Shown here: positions 12,295-26,082 of the stretch, piece after piece
How positions within the stretch are numbered: position 1 is the stretch's first letter
Layout of the letters: every line of letters starts with the position of its first letter
From: Octopus vulgaris
Lineage: Eukaryota
NCBI GenBank assembly: GCA_951406725.2
Contig: OX597831.1
Location: 25,296,001-25,360,000 of the forward strand
DNA: 64,000 bases
Reading direction: 5' to 3'
The notes under the pieces: generated by a model
Seen by the model: the letters and a program-made list of their open reading frames with translations, nothing else
Database searches by the model: none
Told to the model about the DNA's origin: nothing
Translations under genes and position numbers: made by a program

Positions 12295-12536
12295 ACATAT
12301 TGTAAATGTTTTATTAGAGCTGTATGTGGTTTAAAATATTTTTGTGTGTATATATCTGTTTATGCCCAATACTTCTACATCTGTTATGTGCATACATCTG
12401 CTTTACATGTACGTTTTTCAGTATGTATAGCATAGACATGTATGTATATAGCACTTGTATAGCTTATTTATGCTTGAGAGCATTTATATGTGTGTAGAGT
12501 AGCCGTTGTTAGGTGTCAAAGCATAGCATGTGTATA

Positions 12537-12571
<35 letters not shown>

Positions 12572-12742
12572 TACATATATGTATATATATATATCATCAT
12601 CACATATATATATATATGTATATATTTTTATATATATGTATATATATATATATATATATATGGAAATCTCTGGACACATTTGCACACCTATGCATGTATA
12701 AATGAGATTATGTGCATATATCTACATTTAAATCAGTGTGTG

Positions 12743-12790
<48 letters not shown>

Positions 12791-13174
12791 TGTGTGTACT
12801 TGTGTCCTACATGTAAGTGTGTTTGTAATGCAAAAACTGAGCAAAAGATAATAGCAATATAACAGCTAAGAAATATGATTAGATCTTACATAAATTGAGA
12901 TGTATGGCTTTAGCGATTGTCTTGTAGCAGGTGAGTTTAATGTTAATGGAGTCCAAAGGAGCTACACATCATAAGAAGAATTATTAGAACCAGCAAGTGA
13001 CCTTAGGGACCTGGTGCTTTATCAAATTATCTGACTGTAATTCAAAAAAAAAACAGGTGGTAGATGTGAGGATGGTCACACAAGCAGAGCAGAACATTGA
13101 GTTTAACTCTGCTTTCTAAAAAACGAAAACAAGCAGTTATGATGATACTTATTGTTATTATTACTATGATATCT

Positions 13175-13915
13175 AAGGCGGCAAGCTGGGCAAAATGCTT
13201 AGAGGTATTTCGTCTGCCACTATGTTCTGAGTTCAAATTCCACTGAGGTTGACTTTGCCTTTCATCCTTTTGGGGTCGATAAATTAAGTAGCAGTTACGC
13301 ACTGGAGTTGATATAATCAACTTAATCCCTTTGTCTATCCTTGTTTGTCCCCTCTATGTTTAGCCCATTGTGGGCAATAAAGAAATAAGAATCATTTGTA
13401 AACTGAGCAAAATGCTTAGCGGTACTTTGTTTGCCACTATGTTCTGAGTTCAAATTCCACTTTGTCTTTTATCCTTTCGGGGTTGATAAGTACCATTCGA
13501 GTACTGGGGTCGATGTGATTGAGTGTACTACTCCCCAACAAAATCCGGGCCTTGTGCAGATAGTACAAAGGATTATTGCTATGGTATCTAAGATGGTATG
13601 TTGGTAGAATTGTTTGCATGCCAGGTAAAATGCTTATAAAACATTTCATCCATCTTTATGTTCTGAGTTCAAATTCCACCGAAGTCAGCTTTGCCTTTCA
13701 ATTGACTTAGCCCCTTCCCTGAAATTACTGGCTTTGTGCCAAAATTTGAAATCATTATTATTATGCTTTCTGTTATCATGAATGGAGTATGGCAAACTTG
13801 GTAGAGCCTCGGGCTCTATAGTAGAAGACATTTGCCCAAGGTGCCATGCAGTAGTACTGAACATGGAACCATGTGGTTGGGAAGCAAGCTTCTTACCACA
13901 CAGCCACACCTACAC
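13175..13915. mobile_element. Cluster of SINE B copies (+, 13175-13755) and a SINE A head (-, 13805-13915)
   Basis: Repeated ttctgagttcaaattcc and gcctttcatcc motifs. Confidence 0.75.
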
Positions 13916-14131
13916 TGATGTCGATGAATAATCATATGTCAATGTGTTTGCAAATATTTTTGCCTATACTGTGTCATGTTGCTTTCTCACTTCAATCATT
14001 TGAATAATCAGCAATATGAAACTCAGATTTTTGAATTCCGGAAGCTTCAATTTCTAATGAACTTCATACACTCTGCTTCGTATACAGAGGACTTAGGCTT
14101 ACATACACCATATTCAGTTAACTCTCCTTCA

Positions 14132-14172
<41 letters not shown>

Positions 14173-14285
14173 ATTTATCTATCTATCTATTTATCTCTCT
14201 ATAATGATCAAGAAAAATTCCATTCTGTAATGGTCCAACAATGTGTTATCCTTTTGCCACATATTTTCACCCATAACGCTAAACT

Positions 14286-14316
<31 letters not shown>

Positions 14317-15371
14317 AGAGGAGGAGGAGGAGGAGGAGGAGGAGAAGGAGAAAAGAAAAGAAAAGGAAGAGTAGGAGGAGAAAAAGAAGTAGAAAAGAAG
14401 AAGAAGTAGAGGAGGAGGAGGAGAAATAAATTCAAGAACTTAAAGTCTGACAAAAGTTCCCAAAAAGAATAAGAAGAGGGGGAAGTAGAAGAAAAAGAGG
14501 AGAAGGAAGAAGACAGAAGAAGAAGAAGAAGAAGAAGAAGAAGAAGAAGAAGAAGAATCAAGAACTTAGTCTGACAAAGGTTCCCAACAGTGAGAATATT
14601 AAATTTAATATAACACGTACAAGGAAAACCTGATGGATAGCTTTAAATTTAGCCATTAAATGTATATGGGTTTACACAGCTATTTGAACATTGTCCAAAA
14701 TGGTCAGCTGAGACAAACTGTCTGTCTGTTTGTGATCAATTTTCAATGTTTCTATTAAGTTAAAAACACCAACTTACTAATTTGATTGAGTGGAGGAGGG
14801 AAGAGGTGGAGGAGGAGGTAGAACAAGTTGTCATTTAGCCCCAGGTTCGCTTTGGTTCTGCTGACCAACGATCAAAGACATTCTTGTCTTAACCATCCCA
14901 GCTTTCTTAGGGAGCATCTACAATTATGTTATTTAATGTGTTCTTTCATTATTTAAAGTGGTAGGGAGTCATTTGAGTGTGTTTCAGCTGTTATCTCCCA
15001 TAGTGTGGGCAACTGCAGAGAAGCTCCCTTTTAGTGTTGTTATAAGAAATTCTGATGAGTTCACATTACAAATATAAAATGAAGACAGAAACATTAAAAT
15101 GAAGATATGAAAAAAACAACCCCTGATACAGAAATATCTGATCGTTAGTTAAATTAATAATTATGTCTACTGTGGAGGTTTATGTAGAGTAGTTAACTCC
15201 GTTCTTGTCTGTTTGTGTATCTGAGTTTGGGGTTGGTGAATAGTAGTGGTGGTGGTGGTGGTTAACCATGTTATGTTTGTCTACTGATTTACATTTATCT
15301 GTTTAGTGGTTTCTTGTGTATTGTGTGTGTGTTTGTGTGTTGTCTCTAAAGCATTGTGTGAGTGTCGTTTC

Positions 15372-15409
<38 letters not shown>

Positions 15410-15779
15410 CATTCATGAAATCTATTGGTCAGTATGTGCATATTTTTTCTATAGAGATGTATGTGTGTTGTGTAACTGTGCATTGTATGTGTGGTGTCCC
15501 TTTAGCTTGTGTGTGTATGCATTGCTTCTATAAGTATCTGTGCATATATGTGTGTGTGCTGTCTATAAAAGTATGTATATGCTATCTGTGTATGTGTGTG
15601 CTGTCTGTGAATGTATGTGTTGTCTTTATATTTAATTGATGTCTGTGTATGTATGTGTTGCTTGTGTATATGTATGCTGTACCTGTATGTCTGTGTACGT
15701 GTGCTGCTTCTTGGTCATTCTGTCTAGAAGTTAAGACTAAGTTTGAAATTATTCGCTTATTTATCATATTTCCCCATAC

Positions 15780-15839
<60 letters not shown>

Positions 15840-16737
15840 CATCATTATTGTTGTTGTCGGCGTTCTAGTTAACTACTTTGGTTCAAAAGTTCAAATTGAT
15901 AAAACTTGGGCATTTTCATTTATCATAATTTAACAGTTAACAAAGTTGTGGAGGAACTTAAGAGAAAGGAATTTCAACTTAAATAGTTTGAAAGGCTGAT
16001 CTCAGGGTGTTGACCCTTGCAAAGGAAACGCAAAGGGACCTCAACAAAAGGGCAAAACTCAGTGATAATGGTACACACAGCCAACCCATCAAGTATGGTA
16101 AATGGACAGATGATGTTGATGATGGTGGTGGTAATGGTGTTGTTGATGCTGATGATGATGTAGTGGTAATGGTGGTGGCATCAATAAAATCAGGGTGGTG
16201 TATGGTGGGGGTGGAGTGGCAGAGGTACTGGGATTGGCAGCATCAGTAATATCCATGTTTTTTTTCATGTTTGCATAAATAGTTTTGTGTTGTTTGTTTG
16301 CTCAATTGATCCAGTAACATAGCTGATGAGGAGTGGCATACTTTTATGGTGTTTGTGGGAGGAGGGCTTTTGGGTCTACAGTATAAACTTGTACAGGGGT
16401 GTGTATCGAACACAGGGGCTGCTCCAAACAACACAGACTCTACCTATGCCACTGATTTTGTCAAGTATCTTAAAGGAAGGTGGATCCTCTTGCTGTCATT
16501 AACCCTCAACCCAAAAGCCATACAGGTTTTTTTTTTATATCTTTTACCCTTTACTTGTTTCAGTCATTAGATGACAGCCCAGCTGGGGCATTGCCTTGAG
16601 GAATTTTATTCAAACTAAGCAACCCTAGAAATTATTTTATTTTTAAACCTTGTACTCATTCTGTCAGTGACTTTTGCTGAACTGCTAGGTTTTGTGGCCA
16701 CAAACACAAAGACACACACATATATATGTATATATGT

Positions 16738-17062
16738 AACAGCTTCCGTTACCTAGGTAACCAAGTCAGTAGCAGGGGTGGATGCTCTGAAAGTGTAGCT
16801 GCTAGAATAGGATTAGCCTGGGTAAAGTTCAGAGTGCTCCTACCTCTGCTGGTGATAAAGGGCCTCTTGCTCAGAGAAAAAGGTAGGCTGTATGACATGT
16901 GTATGAACAGCCATGCTACATGGCAGTGAAACATGGACAGTGACTATTGAGGACATGCATAAGCTTGCAAGCTGGATGTGTAATGTCAAGTGCCTTGAGA
17001 GAAAAGTTGGACCTAAGAAACATCAGATGTGGTGTGCAAGAGAGATGACTGCACTGGTATGG
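16738..17062 (+). pseudogene. RTE-clade LINE reverse transcriptase C-terminal fragment
   Basis: FRYLGNQVSSRGGCSESVAARIGLAWVKFRVLLPLL...KGRLYD, then frameshifted MLHGSETWTVT. Confidence 0.85.
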
Positions 17063-17097
17063 TCAAGCAATGCTGGGGCAACAAACACAGACAAACA

Positions 17098-17134
<37 letters not shown>

Positions 17135-17144
<10 letters not shown>

Positions 17145-17267
17145 ATTTAGGAATGGTCATTTTGCCAGTTTAGCCAATAAAAACACACGCACTATATATT
17201 TGGTGTTACTTTGCTTCAGTGTTATTGGCTAAACTGGCAAAATGACCATTCCTAAATACAACAATAT
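17135..17267. repeat. Perfect 46-bp inverted repeat with a 41-nt loop
   Basis: atattgttgtatttaggaatggtcattttgccagtttagccaataa (17135-17180) and its exact reverse complement (17222-17267). The cassette extends to 17322 and is flanked by (TA)n on both sides. Confidence 0.95.
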
Positions 17268-17320
17268 CTGTTTCAACACACGACTTCACATAAAAAATCT
17301 TGCACAACAAATATTTAAAC

Positions 17321-17364
<44 letters not shown>

Positions 17365-17608
17365 GATGGTCTTCTTTTCAGTTTCTGTCTATCAAATCCA
17401 CTCACAAGGCTTTGGTTGGCCTGAGGCCATAGAAGAAAACACTTGCCCAAGGTGCCATGTAGTGGGACTGAACCCAGAACCATGTGGTTGGCAAGCAAGC
17501 TACTTACCACACAGCCACTCCTGTGCCTATAAAATGTAAACACAGGCGATATACCGCTAAGCATTTCGCCCAGCGCGATAACATATGTATATATATATAG
17601 ATAGATAG

Positions 17609-17645
<37 letters not shown>

Positions 17646-17961
17646 GAGCTTCATTCAGTTTCTGTCAATTAAATCCACTCACATTTCTTAGGGTGACCCA
17701 AGGCTTTAGTAGAAAACATCCCAAAAGTCAGTCTTCAGTTTTGGAGGAAATTACTACTGAAATGTTTTACTTATAAATCCTGATTAAGTTTCTGTATAGC
17801 GACAACATCTCAGCTTTCTCCTTTGCCTTAAAACTGCTTAAATTGTTTTCAGGCCATCACTCACTGACAAAAGTATCCGAGCTATGGAGAAAGCAAAAAA
17901 AAGAAGAATGCATTAATAATTGTTTTATATTTAGAAAAGAAATTATATTCAATTTTGCACC

Positions 17962-19051
17962 TTAACCTTTTTGTTAAATTTCTGTTGAAATATACTGCTT
18001 TTTTTTTTAATAATAATTTTTGAAAATAATGAAAAATTTAGTAAAAAAACTGTCGTTCTTAAACTGGTGTTTGAAACAGAAATTATCATGAAGTTTCAAT
18101 GGACCGATTCAATTTAGATTATTTCAATTCTTTTGTTACCATATTTCTGTTGAAATACACCACCTTTCATCGTCATCATCATCATCATTTAACGTCAGTT
18201 GTTTATGCTGGTATGGATTGGACTGTGTAACTAGAGCTGACAAGCTGGTGAGGGCTACACCAGATTCCGGTCTTATTTGGCATGGTTTCTATGGCTGGAT
18301 GCCCTTTCTAATGCCAACCACTTCACAGTGTGTGCTGGATGCTTTTACATGGCACTACAGAGGCGTTTTTATGTGGAACCACACACAGGCACTTTTATGT
18401 GGCATCAAATGGACACTTTTACGTGATGCCACACAGAAGAATGACCTCAGAAAGCTGAACCTTTCAGGCGAGATGACACCTTTGGTTTGATTAATCTCTC
18501 TATAAAGCTGAAGTTGTCTGTGTATGGCAGGTTTGGTAGGCTTCAACTAACACTATCTCCTCCGAGACCCTGCAGCGCAAGTTGACCAAAATCGAGAGTA
18601 TGATTGAAGAAGGCTTTCTCTTCCTTCTGTAGAAGAAAAAATTCAAATCGGACCTTGTTAAGATCAAAAATTATTTACATCGAAAAGGTGCTTTTTTTTC
18701 TATGAAAGTCCCTATTTTTTAATAATTTTTTGATTGCTGTATTGCCATTTTACGGTGTATTTCAACCAGAAAAATGTTCACTTAAAGAGAATAACAAGCT
18801 ACATAATGCAAAATTTTTACTTTTCAAAAATTCCAATTCTAAAGGGTCGAAACAAACCCGAGCAACGCCGGGCGATACTGCTAGTTATGAAAATAATGAA
18901 GAATTTAACAAAATAACTTTGTCACTTTTTAACAGATGTAGGAAACATAAATTGACATGAAAATTTGGTGGAGGGTTTTAATTTAAATCATCTTAAAATA
19001 GGAGGCTTCTATCATAAGAGCAGTGGTGATCATCTCAGGTGGGTTGATATT
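17962..19051. mobile_element. Nested cluster: piggyBac-like MITE relics split by an RTE 3' UTR piece (18168-18440, -) and a Helitron
   Basis: 17962-18165 and 18886-19051 resemble the MITE at 25854-26082. Confidence 0.55.
18495..18884 (+). mobile_element. Non-autonomous Helitron, apparently complete
   Basis: A|TC start (tctctctataaagctg), 3' hairpin cccgagcaacgccggg, CTAG|T end, no TSD. Confidence 0.75.
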
Positions 19052-19109
19052 AAAAGAACTGAAAACAAGTTGCTAGAAAATTTATCTCCCTTACTATGTT
19101 GTCATATTC

Positions 19110-19500
19110 TACTATTCTTTTATTCCTTTATTTGTTTCATTCATTTGTCTGCGGCCATGCTGGAGCAATGCCTTGAAGGGTTTTAGTGGAACAAATCAAC
19201 TCCAGGACGGTTTTTTTTTTAAGCCTAGTACTTATTCTACCGCTCTCTTTTGTCAAGTCGCTAAGTCACAGGGGACATAAACACACCAATACCTTGTCCG
19301 AGGTGTCACGCTGTTGGACGGAACCAGAAACCATGTGGTTAGGAAGCCAGCTTCTTTCTATCACTCTCTTTTGCCAAGTCGCAAAGTCACAGGGGACATA
19401 AACACACCAATACCTTGTCCAAGGTGTCACGCAGCTGGACGGAACCAGGAACCATCTGGTTAGGAAGCCAGTTTCTTACCACACAGCCACACCTGTTCCT
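19110..19500 (-). mobile_element. Diverged SINE A with an internal deletion and a ~121-bp tandem duplication
   Basis: Unit ctctcttttg...ggaagccag starts at ~19243 and ~19364. Confidence 0.75.
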
Positions 19501-20287
19501 ATACTATACTCCAAGTTTATCCACAAACAACAATTGAGTTATATACCTAAATACACACAAGTGTGAAATATATATATTTATATCGTTTGACCATTAACGA
19601 TTTATGAGTGTCTGAAATTATTTCACAAATTTGACATATATTCTTGTTGATGTCAACAGGAAATGTGTTATATAGCATTCCTTATAGTTCTATGGCTGAA
19701 GGGGTTTCGAAAAAAAAAAAAAATTAATAAATAAATTGATGAAAAATAATATGTCGAGAGAAAAAGAAGGGGAAGGAAATGTAGGGAAAGTGAGGGGTAA
19801 AAAGAGCGGGGGGGGGAGAAAGTGAGGAGAGGGGTGTGGGGGGGTGCAAAGTAGTCATCAGATTTAAAATGTCACTGTCATCAATAAGAGGATAAGTAAC
19901 TATCACAAATTATTCCTGATTTGCTTCTTCGATAAGAAGAAGAACGATCTTTTAAGCAGCCAGAGGACATGTTATTATTGTATCATTTACAATATCTGTA
20001 ATACAATGATAGAGAGAGAGAGAAAAATATCCAAAAAAAAAAAAAATCAAAAAAAAAAAAAAAGAAAAAGAAAAAGGAAAAGAAACGCAAAAACCTTTTA
20101 ACCTAATCAAAGCTTTTAAGTCCGTATTTAATATCTGTCAGTCTCATCTAACAATGCTTCTCAGCCATTAGTTCTTAGGCAGGATTGATGACTTAGATAT
20201 AACATCATGTTAAGGGATTTTTGAGATGAATGCTCTTAAGAAAGGGAAAAAACTACATCATCATCATCATAATTTAACATTCATATA

Positions 20288-20349
<62 letters not shown>

Positions 20350-20588
20350 TAATTGTAATAGTAATGGTAGCAACAATTATAATAATTTCCATGCTACCAA
20401 CATCTCGCACAATCTATATTGTACATAATCATAACACGCAATGATGTAACGCAAGTGTGACGTCACATACTCTATACAATTACAGTCCGACAGCCTGATA
20501 CATAACACAACTCACGCAACACATATACTAAGTAATCATGCCACTCAGTTACATAACACAGCACATACTTCACACCAGAGATACTCAC

Positions 20589-20623
20589 CCGTTTATCCGT
20601 TTATAACTCAATGTTTCGTTTTC
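20589..20623 (-). CDS. Candidate 35-nt coding microexon (ENETLSYKRING), host gene unidentified
   Basis: Pyrimidine tract + TGC + ctttccAG|exon|GTGAGTA. Only one of three frames is open, and the flanks are non-repetitive. Confidence 0.45.
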
Positions 20624-20979
20624 CTGGAAAGCCCCATTTGCATGTTCGAAAAACAAGAACAAAAGCAAAAATGGCAATTATTAAAATTTTGGCCAATGCT
20701 TTATTTGTTTTCATATAGGAGTGGCTGTATGGTAAGTAGCTTGCTTACCAACCATATAGTTCCAGGTTCAGTTCCACGGGCTATAGTAGAATTCTTTTCA
20801 ACACACGGCTATGATGCTTCCCCACTACTTCTGCTTGGGATCAGAGATGCACATATCATCAGCCACTAAGGGACATGGTTAACTGGTTATGGTCAAACAA
20901 CTGACAAGCAAATCTGTGGTATTGAGCAGAATATTTGCTGTAGCCCATCTTTTATACCAAGATTATTATTATAATAATA

Positions 20980-21022
<43 letters not shown>

Positions 21023-21024
<2 letters not shown>

Positions 21025-21420
21025 AGCGGCAAGCTGGCAGAACTATTAACAGACCAGGCAAAATGCTTAGCAGTATTTTGTCTGCCGCTACATTCTGAGT
21101 TCAAATTCTGCCGAGGTCAACTTTGCTTTCATCCTTTTGGGGTCGATAAATAAAGTACCAGTTATGCACTGGGGTCACTGTAATCGACTTAATTCCTTTG
21201 TCTGTCCTTGTTTGTCCCCCTGTATGTTTAGCCCCTTGTGGGCAATAAATAAATAAGTATTTTGTCTGCCGCTACATTCTGAGTTCAAATTCTGCGGAGG
21301 TCAACATTGCTTTCATCCTTTTGGGGTCGATAAAATAAGTACCAGTTATGCACTGGGGTCAATGTAATCGACTTGCCCTCTTCCCCCAAAAAATTTTCAA
21401 GGCCTTGTGACTAGAATAGA
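21023..21420 (+). mobile_element. SINE B head + body-tail dimer
   Basis: The tail aaataag is joined back to tattttgtctgccgctac at ~21257. Confidence 0.85.
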
Positions 21421-22237
21421 AATAACAATAATAATAATAATTATTATTATTATTATTATACAAGGGTGATAGATTAGTAGAATCTAAAAGGTATCAAACA
21501 AAATGCATCGCAAATAATTTCTTTCACATTTCTGAGATTGAATTCCTTGAGATCACCTTTGCTTGTCATCCCACCAAAAGTTTCTTGTACCTGGCTGAAT
21601 GTGATAAGTCATTAGTCTGTGTATTTACTTTTGGCTTTAATCTTATTTCTTTGTTCTTGAAAAATATTAGAAATTAATGAACTGGTCTTATCAATTGTTA
21701 CGACAAGAATGTTGGAGTAGGTATGGTGATAAATTGATTCATTATTCTCTTGTGAGTTTATTTTGGCACTTTCTGAATTGGCAACAACATTAACAAGAAT
21801 TGGAAAAAAACAAAAAAAATTCTTCATTGTTGGAAATGAAAAAGCGTTAGATATTGCTCTGTAGTTATAATGGCAAAACAATTAGAGAACCCATATGAGA
21901 TTATAGGAAATTGATTCATTTGTCAAATCGTAGGTTCTGTCCCTAATCAAATAGGAATTGAGGTAGATGTGTTTTCTCTTGTCTTTCTCCTGGGCCTCAA
22001 TGGCTTGACTTCTAGGAAACAAGATTGCTTGTATTTCCTTATCTTAGTGTTAATGCTTGTTGGGTGGTTAGTTGAAGACTGCTGACACTTCTATTTCATA
22101 ATGGTTTTCTATTCCTGTAAAGCAATTGTTTTCTTGGAGAGAATAGACAGAAGTTATTGGCATTTAGTGAATGCAGCGTAAATGAATCTTAACACCTTAT
22201 CTTCACTGACATAAAGAACTTACATACACACACTCAC

Positions 22238-22269
<32 letters not shown>

Positions 22270-22293
22270 TGTATGTATGTATGTATGTATGTA

Positions 22294-22335
<42 letters not shown>

Positions 22336-22713
22336 TATGCATGCATGTATATTCAATCCCTCGTTTTTCTTACCATTGCCTGAATGGTCACAAGTGTTGA
22401 GAAACTCTGAATAACAATGGCATGAGATTACTGACTCTACTACTTATATTGAGTACACATTCTCTCATTTCTAATCCCACCTGTGTATGTATATGTGTGT
22501 GTGTGTTTACTGGGAATATAGCTGTAAACAAAATTAAAATTATATATATATATATGTGTGTGTGTTTACTGGGAATAAAACTGTAAACAAAATTAAAATT
22601 ATAATCATATCATTGAAAAAAAAAAACTGTTTCCTAGTTTCATTCAAGCAATATACACGACTAATTTTCACCATTTGTACATAAGCTAGGGTTTTGTTTT
22701 TAAATTTAAGACC

Positions 22714-23031
22714 TCTTTTCAATCATGAATGATCATAGGATTGCACCTAGAAAGTTCACTTTGAGGTTCAAGTCTGAGCAATGTTGTTTATGAAAGACCA
22801 GCAGTCACCCATGTGTACCAGCTCCCCCTCTCCATGCCATCAATGTTATCCAAGAGAAAGGCAAAGTTGGCACCAGTGACATCACAACTTATTTCTGCAG
22901 CTGATCGATCTGGAGCAACATGAAATGAAGTATCTTGCCCAAGAACACAAAACACAGACCAGTCCAGGAATTGAACTCACTACCTCGTGATTGTGAGCCC
23001 GATGCTCTAACCACTGAACCATGTGCCTTCA
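22714..23031 (-). mobile_element. SINE family C
   Basis: Homologous to 1410-1737. Confidence 0.8.
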
Positions 23032-23229
23032 GACCCTATTTACATTATTCATAACAAGGAGTTTACTACTGCGTTCAACCACTTCAGGTGAATAAGCAAA
23101 TCTGAGGAAGGTTTAACAAAAGTTTGTGGTTACTGAAATATTGATACATATATATATATATATAAACAAAGGTGATAATTTTTTGATTATTTTACTTGCT
23201 GGATTTGGTGGAAGGTGTAATGTTCTTGG

Positions 23230-23690
23230 CCTTTGCAGGCCCCTTTGAGCCTAATGGAATGAATGTTATAAATTGCTTTTCTTCAACAACACCTGGGAAG
23301 TAATTGCAGAAGAGTGATGTTCTGAGAGGAAATTAATGATCATTTATAGTAAGAATGGGAGTTTGGACACCGGAATGGTGATGAGAGGAGGAGAAAGATA
23401 AATGGGATAGAAATGCTGTAGTTGAAGTGGTATGAGACCAGCAAGTTCAGAAGAGCAGAGGCTATTATAGTAGAGACAGAAAAGGTAGAGAGAGAGAAGA
23501 CATTCTGCCCATGACCCAAAGGTTGAAGTGTATCAGTTAGTGATTTTATATGTATCAGTCAGGTGACTCTTCATTTCAATGTGGCCTCAGATGTCTGTGT
23601 GTGTGTAACAGCAACATGCCCCACATGTGGCAGAAATACACCAATGTGCACCTCAAATGACCTTCATAGACTATCAATAATTGCTGGGTT
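23230..23690 (-). pseudogene. Decayed CR1/L2-type LINE 3' coding fragment
   Basis: Minus-strand LQPLGHG...YYNSLCSSELAGLIP resembles the post-RT region of these LINEs. Many frameshifts. Confidence 0.5.
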
Positions 23691-24092
23691 ATGAAATAGT
23701 AGGCACAGGCATGGCTGTGTGGTAAGACATTTGCTTCCCAACCACATGGTTCTAGGTTCAGTCCCACTGCGTTACACTTTGGGCAAGTGTCTTCTTCTAT
23801 TGCCTCAGGCTGACCAAAGATTTGTAAATGACGAGAAGAAGTCATTGGGATGCTTTCCTTGCTATATTAAGTATATACCAGGAACTATCCTTTCTCCAGT
23901 ATTCACCAAGGGTGATCCTCAGTGATAATGAAGCCCAGCATTTGGAATGACTGTAAAGGACCAAGCTGTGTGCTATTGATGTTTTCTTGATACAAGTAGC
24001 ATTTGTATTTTGTGGATCTGGCAGATATTGGCATACACCAGAAGCTCCTAAATTATCGTTTCTTGCATACAAACAATCAAGATCCTTCGTAT

Positions 24093-24500
24093 AGGTGCAG
24101 GAGTGGCTGTGTGATAAGTAGATTGCTTACCAGCCACATGGTTCTGGGTTCAGTCCCACTGCGTGGCACCTTGGGCAAGTGTTTTCTACTATAGCCTCAG
24201 GCCAACCAAAGCCTTGTGAGTGGATTTGGTAGATGGAAACTTAAAGAAGCCCATCAATATATATATATATGTGTGTGTGTATGTATATGTTTGTGTGTCT
24301 GTGTTTGTCCCCCCAAACATCGCTTGACAACCGATGCTGGTGTGTTTACATCCCCGTAACTTATCGGTTCGGCAAGAGAGACCAATAGAATAAGTACTAG
24401 GCTTACAAAGATAAGTCCTGGGGTAGATTTGCTCAACTAAAGGTGGTGCTCCAGCATGGCCACAGTCAAATGACTGAAACAAGTGAAAGAGTAAAAGAAA
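24093..24500 (+). mobile_element. SINE family A, full length (head fragment also at 23700-23830)
   Basis: Colinear with family A. Confidence 0.9.
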
Positions 24501-25853
24501 GAATGTACTAAACATTTTAGAGTTTGTAAAAACTCATTCATTAAGCTTGTTAAAGCCCACCATGCGATTATACATTTTCTGGATTAATTCACCTTATAAG
24601 ACCAGACCATTGGATCCTCTAAGGCATGGAAAATGAGGGAACTCAATTTGCACCTAAAGTACAATATTGGTAACTGTGCTAGTGATAACAATGTTTCAAA
24701 TAATGGTAGTCCTAAACTAATGATGAGAGTTCTTCAATCATAACGATGAGATAGATTATTAAAATGTTCGTTAAAAGTTGATGGTAATAATACCAGTAAA
24801 AACTCTAATACTATGTATTCTGATAATAAGGGTAATGATGTAAATCGTAATTTAATTAATCTTGGCAAAGGGGTTACCAGGTAATGATAAAAAAAGATTA
24901 TAATGATGATGATGATAGATGGTGATAAGGATGATAAGGCAGATGATGTAGAAATGGTGATGGCTGAACACTGGAGATGATAAGACCATATTTAAAGATC
25001 ATATCATTAATGGTGTAAAGAGGTAAATTATCATAGCTGCTAAAATGTATTTGAAGATGAACTACTAGATGGATGAGAGTAAGATAAGGGGTTTATATAT
25101 TTATCTACAGCTGTATACCAACAGTTTTGATGGTCTAAGAAACATTAATTCACCCTTTCATATGTCTACATAGAAATATGTTAAAGAGTTTATTTATGAA
25201 AGTGTATTTCAGCCTTCGTTGTCCCATATCTCACTTTGATTTTCAAAAACAATGCATATCCTACTCTGGCTCCATATTAAGACCTATAGAGGCTCTAAGC
25301 ACTTAAAATATTTGGGAGCCTCCATATATATATATGTAATTCAAAATATAAACAATAATAAACCATAAAATAATTTTTTATTTTTCAAAATGAAACAAAA
25401 CTAACAGTAAGATGGAAAATTATGTTTATTTTTGTATACATTCACTTTATTTATTTATGGAACGTTTCCTCCTACTTTTTTAATTGCAAAGTCTTTGATC
25501 AGATCTGTAAGATTTTATGTCATAAATCGCAATTTTTGAACTACAAAAATATTGCCTGTTTTGAAAACGTTTTTTTTTTTTTGCGTTTTCCATCTATATC
25601 ATTCATTGATATTTCATACACATTTGCATTTGATACTATAGTTTCAAAAAAGCTAAAACGTTTATTATTGCAATTGAATACAAAAGGATAAATATGCTTT
25701 TTCCAGTGATCCCCATTTAGGATTTTTCAAAAAAATTCATGATTTCCAAGATAATTTACCTATGAAGAAAATTTAATATTATATTTTATTTTAACTCCTA
25801 AGATACCTGGCAAAGCCAAAAAATATGAATAAAAATATTTGACAGTTAATGAG

Positions 25854-26082
25854 TTAACCCTTTCGTTACAGTATTTATTTTGAGATGCTCTGTGTTTCTT
25901 TCAATTACTTTAAATATAACAAAGAATTTAGTAAAATGACTTAGTTATCATTAAGCTGGTGTTAGGAATATAAATTGTGATTAAAGTCTGGTGGAAGATT
26001 TTAATTCAAAAGTTGTGAAAACAAGACATTTGTACCACAGAGCCAGAGACGGTTTCAGCCGGGTTGGTAACAAAAGGGTTAA
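25854..26082. mobile_element. piggyBac-like MITE with TTAA TSD
   Basis: TTAA-ccctttcgttac ... gtaacaaaaggg-TTAA. Confidence 0.8.

Larger units (their letters stand above)
16540..17530 (-). mobile_element. Disrupted SINE A pieces hosting nested inserts
   Basis: Tail at 16540-16725, body at 17062-17100, head at 17362-17530. Confidence 0.7.

Noticed and set aside
15051-15110. ctgatgag...gaaac hammerhead-like words on the plus strand
   Set aside because: No supporting stems I, II or III.
19790-19846. G-rich tract with G-quadruplex potential
   Set aside because: Irregular loops and no functional context; common in low-complexity DNA.
21600-22150. Possible decayed Penelope RT-linker coding fragment
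   Set aside because: Only vague similarity with many stops; a profile search is needed.
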